A DNA stretch of 64,000 nt from an uncultured Candidatus Saccharibacteria bacterium (lineage in GTDB: Bacteria > Patescibacteriota > Saccharimonadia > Saccharimonadales > JAGQNJ01). Positions 1 to 8,878 of the stretch are shown here, in pieces; within the stretch, counting starts at the first letter, position 1, and the number at the start of each line of letters is the position of its first letter. The position numbers and the translations under genes were made by a program. Location: the NCBI GenBank assembly GCA_965231045.1, contig OZ246406.1:52295-116294 (forward strand), in the 5' to 3' direction. The notes under the pieces are model-generated. The model did not search any database. It saw only the letters and a list, made by a program, of their open reading frames with translations, and was not told the DNA's origin.

Positions 1-1
1 T

Positions 2-490
2 GCCGCGGAAGTTGAGCTGGTATCTGTACAACAGAGAGAATCAAAGCTAAAAAAAGTACTTGAGACTTCGGCATATGATTATGTACTAATTGACTGTCCG
101 CCATCACTTGGCCTGCTGAGTATCAATGCTTTAACGGCAGCTGACTGGGTGCTAATACCTGTTCAGGCCGAATATTATGCACTGGAAGGTCTGAGCCAAC
201 TACTTGATGTTATTCAGCGTATCAGAGGCGGGCTCAATCCTCATCTTGAGTTACTAGGTGTTGTAGTTACCATGTACGATGGACGAACTACGCTGTCAGA
301 GAACGTATATGCTGAACTTAAAAAGCACTTTGGAAAGAAGTTATTTGATACAGTTGTGCCGCGAAATGTGCGCTTGGCCGAAGCACCGAGTTTTGGAAAG
401 AGTATTGCTGATCATGATAAGTGGTCCAAGGGTGCCAGGGCCTATAAGCAACTAGCCAAAGAAGTTAATAAGCGGGTGGGAGAAAGGTAG
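2..490 (+). CDS. parA: ParA/Soj-family chromosome partitioning ATPase, 5' end cut by window edge
   Basis: Frame 2 is open from the window edge. Translation ...YDYVLIDCPPSLGLLSINALTAADWVLIPVQAEYYALEGLSQLLDVI... is the ParA/Soj core. parB starts 6 nt downstream. Confidence 0.85.
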   Translation, partial: AAEVELVSVQQRESKLKKVLETSAYDYVLIDCPPSLGLLSINALTAADWVLIPVQAEYYALEGLSQLLDVIQRIRGGLNPHLELLGVVVTMYDGRTTLSENVYAELKKHFGKKLFDTVVPRNVRLAEAPSFGKSIADHDKWSKGARAYKQLAKEVNKRVGER

Positions 491-496
491 GCAACT

Positions 497-1366
497 ATGC
501 CAGCCAAAACCGCAGCAAAAGGGTTGGGAAAGGGGTTTGATGCATTAATCCCCCAAGATCTTGATGGTTCACTTCTAACTGAGAAGGGGGAGCGAATCCA
601 ACAACTATCAGTAACTAAGGTTACACCGAATCCGGATCAGCCTAGAAAGCACTTTGACGAGCAAGCGTTAGAGGAGTTGGCTGCCTCAATAAAACAGTAC
701 GGGATTGTACAGCCACTTGTAGTTACCGAATCAGGAGAGGGCTACGTTATTATTGCCGGCGAACGACGCTGGCGAGCTGCACAAATTGCTGGTCTTAAAC
801 ACGTACCAGCTATTGTGCGCTCAAGCCAAGAGCTAGAACAGTTAGAGATTGCCTTAGTTGAGAATGTTCAGCGCGTTGATCTGTCGCCCCTAGAGCAAGC
901 TCTCTCGATTGAGCGACTTCATGATCAATTTAGCCTTAGCTATGGAGACATTGCCAAGCGTTTGAGCAAGGCCACAACCACTGTTAATAACATTGTTAGG
1001 CTATTGCAATTACCTGATGATGCCAAACAAGCACTCAGGGAGCAACGGATCACCGAAGGACATGCTCGGGCAATCCTGGCCTTAAAAGACTTGCCAGAGA
1101 AGCAAGAAGAGTTATTAACCTCAATTGAGAAGTACGGTTGGTCGGTTCGTCAGGCTGAACAGTTTGTCGTGTCCACAAAACAGGGCGCCAAAACTACACA
1201 GGCTGTTCGGTCTAAAATGGCCAAAACAACACCTCAAACGCAGGCATTAAGCGATCACGTACATGCCCCAGTTACCATAAAGCGTACAGCAAAGGGCGGA
1301 CGCCTGGAGATTCATTTTAGCGATGATAAAGATCTGGAGAAGATTATCAAGCAGCTGCTAGGCTAA
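497..1366 (+). CDS. parB: ParB/Spo0J chromosome partitioning protein
   Basis: 289 aa. ParB box IIAGERRWRAA and an HTH-like region (GDIAKRLSKATTTVNNIVRLLQLP). Directly follows parA. Confidence 0.9.
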   Translation: MPAKTAAKGLGKGFDALIPQDLDGSLLTEKGERIQQLSVTKVTPNPDQPRKHFDEQALEELAASIKQYGIVQPLVVTESGEGYVIIAGERRWRAAQIAGLKHVPAIVRSSQELEQLEIALVENVQRVDLSPLEQALSIERLHDQFSLSYGDIAKRLSKATTTVNNIVRLLQLPDDAKQALREQRITEGHARAILALKDLPEKQEELLTSIEKYGWSVRQAEQFVVSTKQGAKTTQAVRSKMAKTTPQTQALSDHVHAPVTIKRTAKGGRLEIHFSDDKDLEKIIKQLLG

Positions 1367-2052
1367 AACGTTTTAGTATTTGGCCAGAGTCTTAAGACTA
1401 ACTTGCCAACCACATCGTTGACCGGAACTGTGCCAAAATATCGTGAATCAAGTGAGTTTGTACGGTTATCACCAGATACAAATATCTGACCTTGAGGTAC
1501 AACTAAGTCAACATTCCCAGGAGTAACAGCATCGTTGGCAGTACTGGGAATATTAACGTCAGGGTCAAAGCCTTCTGGATGCTCCTTGTTATAGACTTTT
1601 ATCTTATTATTAGTTACCACTACTCTATCACCGGGCAAACCGATAACGCGCTTAACTAATTGCTTATTTCCACCACTAGTGCTTGAATCGACAAGGTCAC
1701 TCTTCTCGAAGATAATAATGTCATATCTTTTTGGCATGTATGAATGATGGGTAACTCTAGCGATTGTACGAGGTAATTTATAGACAATTAGGCGATCTTG
1801 ATTGTGCAGTGTATTTTGCATACTTGGCCCATCGACCTCATATGATTGAAAAACAAACAGAGTAAATAATACGGCTATTAAGGGAGCTGCAACCAACAGA
1901 ATAATCGTGCCTAATATACTCTTCAAGCCTTCGTGATTTGGCTCTTTTGGAGCATGAGGAAGATTGCTCGGTGATGGAGCCGGACTTGGTGTATGACTCT
2001 GGTGTGTTGATGGGTGCGAGTTAGGATGTTGATTATGCATATTCAAGTTCAA
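1363..2052 (-). CDS. lepB: Signal peptidase I (S26) with His/Pro/Ser-rich N-terminal extension
   Basis: Motifs GPSMQNTL (catalytic Ser), KRVIGLPGD (Lys box) and GDNRTNSLDSRYFG. One N-terminal TM helix. Confidence 0.9.
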   Translation of the reverse strand: MNLNMHNQHPNSHPSTHQSHTPSPAPSPSNLPHAPKEPNHEGLKSILGTIILLVAAPLIAVLFTLFVFQSYEVDGPSMQNTLHNQDRLIVYKLPRTIARVTHHSYMPKRYDIIIFEKSDLVDSSTSGGNKQLVKRVIGLPGDRVVVTNNKIKVYNKEHPEGFDPDVNIPSTANDAVTPGNVDLVVPQGQIFVSGDNRTNSLDSRYFGTVPVNDVVGKLVLRLWPNTKTF

Positions 2053-2154
2053 ACTATACCTTATTTTGCTTAATAAAAGGAAAAAATACTGAGATTTTAA
2101 ACGAAAGCACCTTTATCCATATGACGATTCCCGGTATACTATTAATCTGCAACT

Positions 2155-3789
2155 ATGGATAATTTTCGACGACATTCACCGCGCCGCAATAAACCAACAT
2201 CGATTGATGGCTTTGTACGCAACCCGAAAAATGATACATCTGATGCCTTAGGGGAAGGCAACTTTCGACGTAGCCGATCTTATAGCAATATTACACCTAA
2301 AAAACTTGATGATTTTAATGTTAAATCTGATGGTTTTACAGCCAGAGTTTCAAATGGAAGTGTTGGCCCTGACGGCACGGCTACCGGCCGACGACGGCCT
2401 ACTAAAAAAGATGTAGTTGATCTTGAACTGGACAATGATAAACCAGATAAGAAAAAGAAGCGCCTAAGTTTCAAGATTGTTGCCAGATCATTCGCCTGTC
2501 TCTTAATTATCTCCGTATTACTCAGTGGCTATGTATTTGGTAAGGGATATTTGCGTGCCCGACAAGTGTTTAACGGTGGTGGAAGTGCCGCTTCACTTAG
2601 TGATGATATAGATCCTTCTAAGCTAAAAGGCGAAGGTGATGGGCGCATCAATGTCCTCTTGCTAGCAGTTGGTGGCGAAGGCCACGATGGCTCCGAGCTT
2701 ACAGACACTATCCTTGTAGCTAGTATCGACCCAATAAATAAAGATGCCGGGCTACTAAGTATTCCACGCGATCTATGGGTTAAATCCAACGGTAGCTCGA
2801 TGAAGATCAATGCCGTTTACGCTCTGACCAAAGAAAGTGCGTTGGCTAAGGGTAAAACTCAAAAACAGGCCGAGGATGCAGGGTTTAGTGCACTAGAGAG
2901 TAAAGTAGCTGATGTTTCGGGTCTAAAAATCAACTATCATGCTCTCGTGGACTTCACTGGTTTTAAAGAGGCAATTGATACTGTCGGTGGCGTGACAATA
3001 AATGTTCCAACTCCGCTTGTAGATTCGTCCATGGCTCACCTTAATGGCGGCAACCCAGTTCTTGCTCCAGCCGGTGTTCAAACCATGAATGGCACCAAGG
3101 CTCTATACTACGCTCAATCACGTCACGGTAGTGCCAGAGGCGACTTTGACCGTACTGAACGGCAGAGACAGGTGTTGATAGCTCTTAAGGACAAAGTATT
3201 TACAGCTGGGACTTACGGCAACCCAGTTAAGATTACTCAGCTTATGGATAACTTTGGTAATCATATTAAGACGAACTTTAGTATTGATGACATTATGAAG
3301 ATGTATAACCTCGGTAAGGGAATTGATAGCTCCAAAGTAACTTCTATTGGCCTGGCAGATCCGCCACAAGAATTAGTAACCACCGGGTTTATATCTAGTC
3401 AGTCAGTTGTTGTGCCAAAAGCAGGAACATTTGAGTATGCCGCTATTCGGAGTTTTGTTAGAAATACTTTCAAAGATGGTTTCTTAAAGAAAGAAAATCC
3501 ATCCGTGCTGGTACTGAATGGAACGGCACGATCAGGCGTTGCTTCATCTACCGCAGATGTTCTTAAGTCATACGGTTACAATGTTGTTCGTGCTGATGAT
3601 GCACCATCGAAAGATTATCAACAAAATGTCCTAGTTGATCTTACCGGTGGTAAGAAGAAGTACACCAAACGATATCTTGAGCTGCGATTCAAGACATCGG
3701 CAGTTAGTAAGTTGCCAGAAGGTGTTACTAACCCAGAGAATGCAGACTTTGTTATAATAGTAGGGCAAAATGGGACAACTCAAAACTAA
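2155..3789 (+). CDS. LytR-CpsA-Psr (LCP) family cell-wall glycopolymer transferase
   Basis: LCP core RINVLLLAVGGEGHDGSELTDTILVASIDP...LLSIPRDLWV. Basic N-terminal tail plus one TM. C-terminal LytR_C-like segment VLVLNGTARSGVASSTADVLKSYGY. Confidence 0.8.
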   Translation: MDNFRRHSPRRNKPTSIDGFVRNPKNDTSDALGEGNFRRSRSYSNITPKKLDDFNVKSDGFTARVSNGSVGPDGTATGRRRPTKKDVVDLELDNDKPDKKKKRLSFKIVARSFACLLIISVLLSGYVFGKGYLRARQVFNGGGSAASLSDDIDPSKLKGEGDGRINVLLLAVGGEGHDGSELTDTILVASIDPINKDAGLLSIPRDLWVKSNGSSMKINAVYALTKESALAKGKTQKQAEDAGFSALESKVADVSGLKINYHALVDFTGFKEAIDTVGGVTINVPTPLVDSSMAHLNGGNPVLAPAGVQTMNGTKALYYAQSRHGSARGDFDRTERQRQVLIALKDKVFTAGTYGNPVKITQLMDNFGNHIKTNFSIDDIMKMYNLGKGIDSSKVTSIGLADPPQELVTTGFISSQSVVVPKAGTFEYAAIRSFVRNTFKDGFLKKENPSVLVLNGTARSGVASSTADVLKSYGYNVVRADDAPSKDYQQNVLVDLTGGKKKYTKRYLELRFKTSAVSKLPEGVTNPENADFVIIVGQNGTTQN

Positions 3790-4519
3790 GATTCGCCCGG
3801 TAAACGGCTTTTCTCACTTACTACACATTGTCCTGACAATACTTCTACCTATTGTCATCTTTATTTTGGTGCGAATTCATTTTGTAGAAATTGCTATAGC
3901 TGTCTTACTTCTTAGCAAATGGCGTATGTTTGCAGTTCGTCCTCGACATTGGCTGGCCAATATCCGGGCAAATGCCGTGGATCTGTTAGTTGGTATTTCG
4001 ATAATTGTTTTCATGTCACATACCGATGCACAGATAGTACAAGCTATATGGGCGACAGTTTATGCGTTGTGGTTGATACTACTCAAGCCAAGTGCGACTT
4101 TGCTTGGTGTTTCACTCCAGGCTTTAGTTGGACAGACGTTTGGCCTAATGGCCATTTTCCTAGCTTGGCCATCCTCGCCACTGTATGTTTTGGTGGCTGC
4201 AGCTTGGGCGGTATGTAATGTAAGCGCCAGACACTTTTTCACCAGCTTTGATGAGCCATACACTCGCTTCTTAACAGATCTATGGGCATTTTTTGGGGCA
4301 GCACTTGTGTGGGTGCTTGGGCATTGGTTACTTTTTTACGGAGTCATTGCACAACCGACTTTGCTGCTGACTGTTATCGGTTTTGGTCTAGCAACACTCT
4401 ATTACTTAGACCGCACTGATCGACTCTCTGATCTTCTACGAAGGCAGTTTATATTTATCATGATAGCTATTATAATAGTTGTACTAGTGTTTTCTGATTG
4501 GGGTGACAAAGCGATCTAG
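3770..4519 (+). CDS. Polytopic membrane protein, unknown function
   Basis: 249 aa with about 7 hydrophobic helices. Overlaps the LCP stop by 20 nt, suggesting translational coupling. No recognisable motif. Confidence 0.6.
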   Translation: MGQLKTKIRPVNGFSHLLHIVLTILLPIVIFILVRIHFVEIAIAVLLLSKWRMFAVRPRHWLANIRANAVDLLVGISIIVFMSHTDAQIVQAIWATVYALWLILLKPSATLLGVSLQALVGQTFGLMAIFLAWPSSPLYVLVAAAWAVCNVSARHFFTSFDEPYTRFLTDLWAFFGAALVWVLGHWLLFYGVIAQPTLLLTVIGFGLATLYYLDRTDRLSDLLRRQFIFIMIAIIIVVLVFSDWGDKAI

Positions 4520-4541
4520 TCAACTTTAAGAGAGGGAAAAT

Positions 4542-5768
4542 ATGAGCGAAGAAAAATCGCCTAAGGATGTAGTGGCTACTGATCCTAAGGTAAAAAGCAG
4601 CACGCCTGCAGAAAAGACAAATCCAAAAGTATTACTTGCCAGTGGTCTTGTAATGCTATCGTTATTTGTTGGGTTTGCTGGAGGTTGGGTTGGTAGCCTG
4701 GCTCATAAGAATGGAGCTGGGAATACTCATGCCAACACTGATCAAGCACGCAAGGTTGCCGAGGATGAAAGCCAACTCATTAGTACAATCGCCAAGGATG
4801 TTGGCCCGAGCGTGGTATCCATAGATGTGACTAGTCAAGCGCCACAGCAGGACTTCTTTGGCAATGTCAGTACACGTCAGCAGCAAAGTGCTGGAACAGG
4901 ATTTATTATTAGTGACAAAGGGGATATTTTAACTAATCGCCATGTTGTTCCGAGCGGTGCCACAACGGTTAGTGTGACGCTATCTGATGGTACCAAGCTT
5001 GATAATGTAGAAGTTATAGGACGTACCAGTGAAAATGATCCGATTGATGTTGCCTTCTTAAGGGTTAAAGATACTAAGGGTAAAAAACTTGTGCCCGTAA
5101 AGTTAGGGGACTCTAGTAAAACTCAAGTTGGAAATATGGTTATAGCTATCGGTAACGCACTCGGTCAGTTTCAAAATACTGTAACCTCAGGAATTATTTC
5201 TGGATATGGTCGAAGTGTTCAAGCTCAAGGTCAGGGCAACCAGCTGGAGACATTACAAAATCTATTCCAGACCGATGCGGCCATAAATCAAGGCAATTCA
5301 GGCGGACCATTGGTTAATGCTAACGGCGAAGTCATCGGCATAAATACAGCTGTGGCTGGTGACGGAGCAACTAATATTGGATTTGCCATACCTATTAATG
5401 ATGTTCAGGGCCTAGTAAAAAGTGTGCTTAATAAAGGCAAGCTGGAGAGGCCATACTTGGGCGTACGATACATTTCGTTAACAGATGATTACGCCTACCA
5501 ATATAACCTGAATACCAAACGCGGTGCCTACTTAGCTCCAAGTCAGAACGGACAATCGCCAGTTATTCCTGACTCACCGGCTGAGAAAGCTGGTCTACAA
5601 GAAAAAGACATCATTACTAAGGTAAATGATCAGACTGTTGATGAAAAGAATAGTCTGACATCGATACTAGGTCGTTACGCAGTTGGAGATACGGTTAAGC
5701 TTACGGTTGTTAGGGACGGAAAAGAGATAACTCTTAACGCTACCCTCGGGGCAGCACCACAAAACTAA
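4542..5768 (+). CDS. htrA: HtrA/DegP-family serine protease with C-terminal PDZ
   Basis: Catalytic triad contexts TNRHVV, DVAFLRV and GNSGGPLVN. N-terminal TM anchor. PDZ-like C-terminus. Confidence 0.9.
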   Translation: MSEEKSPKDVVATDPKVKSSTPAEKTNPKVLLASGLVMLSLFVGFAGGWVGSLAHKNGAGNTHANTDQARKVAEDESQLISTIAKDVGPSVVSIDVTSQAPQQDFFGNVSTRQQQSAGTGFIISDKGDILTNRHVVPSGATTVSVTLSDGTKLDNVEVIGRTSENDPIDVAFLRVKDTKGKKLVPVKLGDSSKTQVGNMVIAIGNALGQFQNTVTSGIISGYGRSVQAQGQGNQLETLQNLFQTDAAINQGNSGGPLVNANGEVIGINTAVAGDGATNIGFAIPINDVQGLVKSVLNKGKLERPYLGVRYISLTDDYAYQYNLNTKRGAYLAPSQNGQSPVIPDSPAEKAGLQEKDIITKVNDQTVDEKNSLTSILGRYAVGDTVKLTVVRDGKEITLNATLGAAPQN

Positions 5769-5806
5769 TTGACTAATAGTGAGAAAATTGTATAATATAC
5801 CTCACT

Positions 5807-6550
5807 ATGAGAACACATTTTCGGGATTCAGATCCCTCAAGTACTGGTGGAAATAAGGTAGTAAGAACAGCGGTAGCGGCTTCACTAGTTGGGCTTATGG
5901 CTCTAGCTGGTTGTAGCGGTGATAATGCAGGTTATCGAGATGGAACTATATCTACTCCGACAACAGCACCTGCGCCAGAAATAGCTACCCCCAAAGAAGT
6001 AATGCTAAGGGAAAACGTTAAGAAAGAGTTCTACCTATTTGCAAACGCTATAAACGATACTACAAATACCAATAACACACATTTTAGAGTGGTGACCACT
6101 CCGAGCCCTCAAAATAATAATCAAGGCCTAACAACTGTTGAGATTACTCCTGACTCAAGTCTGATTGGAACCTCTGGTGAAGCTCACTATACCATGATGA
6201 TTTCCGGTGACATTGACCCTCAAACCCATAATGTAGATCCCTCAAAAGCGACATCTATATTTCTTGGTATGGACACTGAAAAAGGTGGTCCAAAAGCTGG
6301 ACAGCTATATATGTTTGGTATAGAGCAAGCCGCTGATTCCTTAAACTGGGAAGTCTACTATGCTGCTGAAACAAAAGGTGGGGAAAAAGACTACAACGAC
6401 TACATAACTGGTAATGCAAGCCCCATAACTCCAAGATCACACGTAGAACCTTTGACAGCTGATCAATTTGGTAGAATGACCACACAAGCTGAGAAGGTTT
6501 TGAATTGGGCAGTTGGCGCGGTGCCTATCAATTACGCCCCGGCACAGTAA
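5807..6550 (+). CDS. Putative lipoprotein, unknown function
   Basis: Lipobox LMALAGCSG after a hydrophobic h-region. Thr/Asn/Pro-rich mature part. Own promoter at 5769-5796. Confidence 0.6.
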   Translation: MRTHFRDSDPSSTGGNKVVRTAVAASLVGLMALAGCSGDNAGYRDGTISTPTTAPAPEIATPKEVMLRENVKKEFYLFANAINDTTNTNNTHFRVVTTPSPQNNNQGLTTVEITPDSSLIGTSGEAHYTMMISGDIDPQTHNVDPSKATSIFLGMDTEKGGPKAGQLYMFGIEQAADSLNWEVYYAAETKGGEKDYNDYITGNASPITPRSHVEPLTADQFGRMTTQAEKVLNWAVGAVPINYAPAQ

Positions 6551-7385
6551 AAACCTGAATAAAATCATCGGTTTTATCAAGTTTGTATCCATGCTGACTC
6601 GCAATTTTGTTCAACTGTTCATGTTGAAATGGCAGTGACTCGGTCAGGACCCATTTTGGCGTGTGCATGGCTGTTAGTAATTGATCGAACAACTTGCGGT
6701 ACAAGTCCAGTCCGTCATCACCACCAAAAATGGCAAGGTGGGGTTCATTCAAGGCCGCTTTGTTAATACCAAAGTCGTTAGGTACATAGGGTAGGTTGGC
6801 TAAGACAGTGTCGACCTTTTCATTTAATAGTGGTTCAAATAAGTCTCCATGTAAAAACTTAAGCGTTGTTTTAAAAACTCGATTATTTTTTTCAGAAACT
6901 TTCAAACACTTTTTATCGATATCTGTAGCGTATACTTTTGAGCCAGGAAATTCGAGCTGAGCCGTAATACCAATGGCACCCGAACCAGTGCCGATGTCAG
7001 CAAAAGACCGTAGGCTATTTTTTGTGACTAAATCCTTCAAAACATCTATCATCGTCTCTGTTTCAGGTCGGGGAACAAGCACGCTCTCATCTACAAAAAA
7101 CTCTCGACCATAGAACTCTACTTTACGCCTTATATAAGCCATCGGCTCATGATTAATCCGCCGTAGTAAACTTTTTTTCAAAAATACCTGTTGTTCTTTA
7201 TTCAACACAATTTCTGGGTGCGCTAAAATAAAAGCCTTATTTTTGCCGAGTGCGTCTTGTAGCAAAACTAGGCTATCAAGCTCGGCCGTGGCAATGTCAG
7301 CAGCCGTTAATTTTGACTTAGCGTGAGCCAACCAGTCATGAATTGTCATGGATGAGTTGGCGTTCATAGCTTTGTAGTTGCTCAA
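6528..7385 (-). CDS. prmC: Release-factor glutamine N5-methyltransferase PrmC/HemK
   Basis: SAM motif [12 protein letters not shown]. Substrate motif is NLPY (ANLPYVPN) instead of canonical NPPY. Overlaps the prfA stop by 50 nt. Confidence 0.85.
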   Translation of the reverse strand: MSNYKAMNANSSMTIHDWLAHAKSKLTAADIATAELDSLVLLQDALGKNKAFILAHPEIVLNKEQQVFLKKSLLRRINHEPMAYIRRKVEFYGREFFVDESVLVPRPETETMIDVLKDLVTKNSLRSFADIGTGSGAIGITAQLEFPGSKVYATDIDKKCLKVSEKNNRVFKTTLKFLHGDLFEPLLNEKVDTVLANLPYVPNDFGINKAALNEPHLAIFGGDDGLDLYRKLFDQLLTAMHTPKWVLTESLPFQHEQLNKIASQHGYKLDKTDDFIQVFTVPGRN

Positions 7386-8394
7386 TCAAATCGTCAATAT
7401 TGCCGTCTAAAGCACCCGGAATGTTGGACCGAGAATAGCCAATCCGATGGTCGGTTATGCGATCTTGCGGGAAATTATAGGTCCGAATTTTTTCGGATCG
7501 GTCGCCTGAACCAATTAATTTACGTCGTGCATCAGAAAGTTGTTTTTGTTCGTCCTCAATCTTGGCCGCCAAGAGGCGAGAGCGCAAAACACCCAAGGCT
7601 TTCTCCTTATTTTTGATCTGTGATTTTTCGTCCTGACAGGTCACAACAATGCCGCTGGGTACATGAGTTATTCGCACGGCAGAGTCGGTTGTGTTCACGG
7701 ACTGTCCGCCATGCCCGCTGGATCGGTAGACGTCAATTCGAAGGTCATTAGGATTTACTTCAACATCACTTTCCTCAGCTTCAGGCAGTACGGCCACGGT
7801 TACGGTGCTCGTATGAATTCGTCCCTGGCTTTCGGTGGTTGGAACACGTTGGACACGGTGCACACCAGCTTCGAACTTAAGATTCTTATAAGCTTCATCA
7901 CCCCGAACCGCAAATATAACTTCTTTATAACCTCCAACTTCATTGGCGCTATGATCAATTAGCTCAAGCTTAAAGTTGTGGGCTTCCGCCCAGCGAGCGT
8001 ACATTCTGTATAGGTCACCAGCAAACAAACTGGCTTCATCACCACCAGCAGCGGCTCGGATTTCAATAATTGCATCACGCTCATCATTAGGGTCTTTGGG
8101 AACTAATGCTTCAGTTAATGCCTCATCATTAGCCTGAATTTTTTGTGCTAATTCATCGAGCTCAGATTGTGCTAGGCTACTCATTTCAGCATCAGAACTC
8201 TTTAATAAATCTTCAGCTTCGGCTTTTGACTTAGCGAGATTAGTTTTTTCATCAAATAACGCAATCAATTGCTCGAGGCTATTTTGTCGTTTAGCAAGTT
8301 TCGGGTAACTTGGATCACTAAATATAGTCGGATCCTGCAATTTGGCTTGCAGTTCCTCTAGCTCGGCTCGTAGTTCTTGCTCTTTTTGATCCAT
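7336..8394 (-). CDS. prfA: Peptide chain release factor 1
   Basis: GGQ motif ([19 protein letters not shown]) and RF1-type PxT tripeptide ([14 protein letters not shown]). Confidence 0.95.
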   Translation of the reverse strand: MDQKEQELRAELEELQAKLQDPTIFSDPSYPKLAKRQNSLEQLIALFDEKTNLAKSKAEAEDLLKSSDAEMSSLAQSELDELAQKIQANDEALTEALVPKDPNDERDAIIEIRAAAGGDEASLFAGDLYRMYARWAEAHNFKLELIDHSANEVGGYKEVIFAVRGDEAYKNLKFEAGVHRVQRVPTTESQGRIHTSTVTVAVLPEAEESDVEVNPNDLRIDVYRSSGHGGQSVNTTDSAVRITHVPSGIVVTCQDEKSQIKNKEKALGVLRSRLLAAKIEDEQKQLSDARRKLIGSGDRSEKIRTYNFPQDRITDHRIGYSRSNIPGALDGNIDDLIEQLQSYERQLIHDNS

Positions 8395-8410
8395 GTCTTA
8401 CCTCTAGTAT

Positions 8411-8443
8411 AAAAAAACTACCTCCAAATAGATAGGGAGGTAG
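8411..8443 (-). terminator. Rho-independent terminator or attenuator between rpmE and prfA
   Basis: On the - strand: CTACCTCC, a 10-nt loop, GGAGGTAG (8-bp stem), then a T7 run (A7 at 8411-8417 on +). Confidence 0.55.
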
Positions 8444-8460
8444 TTATTAGATAATCAAAG

Positions 8461-8820
8461 TTATTTATTATCGGCGGTTGCTTCTTCTTTTTTCTCGACC
8501 TTTTTAGCTTCTTTATGAGCCTTGTGGTCAACTTTCTTCTTAGCGGCAGCTTTTCGGGCTTCAAGGGCTTTCTCGGCGGCTTCACGGCGAGCCTTAAACT
8601 TATCAACACGACCTTCGATATCAACTAATTTTTCTTGTCCTGTGAAGAACGGGTGAGAACTGCTACTGATGTGAACCTTAACTAATGGGTATTCATTGCC
8701 GTCTTCCCATTTGGTGGTTTCCTCAGAGGTGACAGTCGAGCGCGTCAAAATACGAGTACCATCATTTAGGTCCTCGAAGACTACAAGTCGATAATTGTCT
8801 GGGTGTAAATCCTTTTTCAT
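8461..8820 (-). CDS. rpmE: Ribosomal protein L31, Cys-less type B, with Lys/Ala/Glu-rich C-terminal tail
   Basis: [10 protein letters not shown]...[24 protein letters not shown] matches L31 and has no CxxC zinc motif. I take the start at the internal MKKDLHP rather than the ORF-track start at 8859. Confidence 0.85.
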   Translation of the reverse strand: MKKDLHPDNYRLVVFEDLNDGTRILTRSTVTSEETTKWEDGNEYPLVKVHISSSSHPFFTGQEKLVDIEGRVDKFKARREAAEKALEARKAAAKKKVDHKAHKEAKKVEKKEEATADNK

Positions 8821-8878
8821 AACTTGCAACAGTATACATATCAGGGGTACAATAGTCAACAGATAAGCAAAAATAAAA

